From Lytechinus pictus (taxonomy: Eukaryota): DNA of 64,000 nt. The position numbers and the translations under genes were made by a program. Position 1 is the first letter of the stretch. Each line of letters begins with the position of its first letter. The DNA is taken from NCBI RefSeq assembly GCF_037042905.1, contig NC_087249.1:9984001-10048000 (forward strand). The letters run 5' to 3'. The notes under the pieces were generated by a model that saw only the letters and a list, made by a program, of their open reading frames with translations, did no database searches and was not told where the DNA came from. Below, piece after piece: positions 61,389-64,000 of the stretch.

Positions 61389-64000
61389 AATTGAGAAGTA
61401 ACATTGAGTATGAGAAGGATGAGTAGTTATTGTTGGAAGAGGAATCCAGTCATCATAGCCATTTTTATATAGGCCTACATTTAAAAAATAATGTATATCC
61501 AGCAATACCGGCATGAACTCTTATTACATGTATGTACATGTACATACATGTACCACAGTTTGTACTGCAGAGGCAGCAAGTATGTACTGTATGAACAACA
61601 CTACCCTAAACCAGCAAAACAGAGAACAAAAAGAAACATAACAGAAGGGATTAGGGGATTAAAGTGTGATTGTGCAAAGGATTAACCAGGGATGTGCAAT
61701 TCAAAAGGCTAATTATATTTAGGTGTACATGTATTTTGTGGCATAAGGCTTGATGTAATGGTTTATTGTATGATATGGTCACTTGCACTACATATCCAGT
61801 GTGTTGTCCATAAAATGGATTTGCTGTTATGAGCAGTTATTAAAGTTGTAGATGGGAAAACACTGCTGAATACATGTACATGTATGTGTCCTATCCAAGG
61901 TAATATCTAGTTCACTGTCAGAATAATGCACAATTGATCTTAACTTAAGGGCAATTGAGTAACAGTGGTCAAGGAAAAAAAAATGACAGTTTAATTTCGA
62001 CCATAACTACAGACTTAAAAATTATCGAACTTGGATCTTGGAAGAGTCTGTCTTGTAAATTATATTGAGCACACAATTATGAATGATTGGTGATGAAGGG
62101 AGTAGCTGTGTTTAGTTCAATGGCTTTTATGCTGCTCCCTCACTATCACCTTGCCACTCTATACAAGTATTACTTTGCATTTTATTTTATTTGTATAATT
62201 GTTTTTTGTCTGTTATTCAGAAAGCCTTTTGATTCTTAATGTACATTCAATTGCTTTTCAAGACATGTGAAATTAATGAAGTTGAAATTGTTTAATATGC
62301 AACAATTAAGCGCTGCATACTATTACCCTGTCTTTAGCGTGGCTACCTTGATTGGACGCTCAAGCATTCAAGGAATTTCTTCCTTCCGGGTACCCATTTA
62401 TTACACGTGGGTGGAAAGTGGCAAATGTAGATAAACGCCTTGCCAAAGCCAGGACGTGGGTGGTGTGGTGAGATTCGAACCACAAACCTTGTGGATCAAA
62501 GTCAGGAGACCTATCCACTGAGCCACATTTGAAAGATGACTACAGTGTAACTGGTTTTGGGAACACAGTACTTTAGCATTGGCAATGGCTGCATGAATCA
62601 CGTAGTGTCGTCAGTGATCATATTGCAAATGGACTTCTGGTTGACACACTATAACATGTCACATGCTAACTTGACCTAATTATTAGTCCTATTTAATACA
62701 GCATTGACCTCTTTCAAGAAATATATGACTGTTTGTCAGAACGTTTTGAGTAATATTAATTCCTCTTTAGATGATTTTGTCACTCAGGACATTGACCTAT
62801 GATTACTTTTTACCATCATTGTTGAATGGCAAGTCACCACTCTACTGATGAATGTATTTAATTAGCCAAAAAATGAATAGATGGATGGATGGATAGATGG
62901 ATGAAGGAATGGAGGAAATTAATTGTAATGACTGAATGAATGAAATTAATGAAAATGCATGAAATGAAATTCTGAAAAATGAATCAGAATGTGTATGATA
63001 AATGAATAAATAAACAGATGGATGGATGGATGGATGGATAGATAGATGGATATATAAATATATTCCCCATTTATTGAACCAACCAATAAACTGAAATAGA
63101 GATGTTGATTTAATGAATTGATACATGAATTAAACTTGATACTTGATGAGATAATTCCCCTTGCAGCTCCAAAATGCTAAACTGGAATGTGATACTTGAT
63201 TCATTATTAATGAATTAATTAATATACGAGTAGACAAATTGATTCAATATGATAAAATGAGAGTAAATCCATTGTATTGCAAATGAAGAATGAATAGAGG
63301 AAATAAAACTGAAAGAGAAATCCCAAATATTGAAAGTACATTTATTTGTAATAGTTAGTGTTAATGAAATTGAATGCAATTCACAATCAATAGAAATTTG
63401 TATTTGGTTTATATACTCTTGCACCTTGGCATAATAGTTGCATAATTTGTTATGCATTGAATAGGAGGGTATGTGAAGCAGATTTTTTTTTTCTTTGCAC
63501 ATTTTCTTAATATAACTGCAACTACATTGACATTTGAAAAAAAATTCACCAGGCTTGCAAAATTACCTTTCCAAAAAGTCAATACTCCTTTTAAACCTCT
63601 GACATTTATGATGTGGTGAACCACCTTTTGAAATAGAAAGTACAGGTACAATTTACTGTGATGACATAATAAAGATGTCATTACTGTATGTTGCTTTCTG
63701 TATTGTGTAAAATGCAGATTAAAGTATTTGAAATAGGGAAATGTGTGGTCGAGGGTTATTTTGACACCAAAATGTATAAAATGACCCAAGTAGATCACCA
63801 CTTGTTCAATGAGAAAAGTGTTGTTGTACTTGTTTTTTTTTCTTGTTGGTCGCATGCCTCTGGGCATAGTACTGAATTTTACTTTTGCGAGCCCTGGCCC
63901 ATGGAAAAACCATTTTCTTACTCTTTTCTTCTTTTCTTTCATTTCTACCTTATCTATATTTAATTATTCAATTTCAAATTGTATTTATGTAATTACATTG

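Noticed and set aside
53166..64000. Next ELL exon, or separate genes in ORFs 55545-55979 and 63409-63942
   Set aside because: No segment resembling the expected ELL continuation with splice sites was found; those ORFs have non-coding composition and no recognisable homology.

Overview
AT-rich, transposon-dense animal genomic DNA. The repeat style and the gene suggest a marine invertebrate deuterostome, probably a sea urchin; that species assignment is inference only. There is one protein-coding gene, the 5' part of RNA polymerase II elongation factor ELL on the + strand. Six GT-AG exons (21897-53165) splice in frame into 309 codons, intron 1 is about 23.4 kb, and the gene continues past the window end. 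Upstream DNA and introns are filled with nested non-autonomous DNA transposons (CACTA/EnSpm-, hAT-, PIF/Harbinger-, Kolobok-, piggyBac- and Tc1-like), tRNA-derived SINEs and LINE fragments. Highlights: (1) a 4.7-kb near-perfect palindrome (foldback element, ~2.3-kb modular arms, 45-bp loop) at 8576-13310; (2) comparisons between sibling repeat copies show TA dinucleotides repeatedly converted to TA-CATG-TA, TA-GGCC-TA or TA-CCGG-TA by 6-bp insertions, most simply transposon excision footprints, and such 8-mers are dense in the ELL introns; (3) a 7.3-kb CACTA-like element with GACGTC subterminal arrays inside a five-level nest; (4) one SINE hit twice, 98 bp apart, by sister hAT elements. Most ORFs in the supplied track are spurious.
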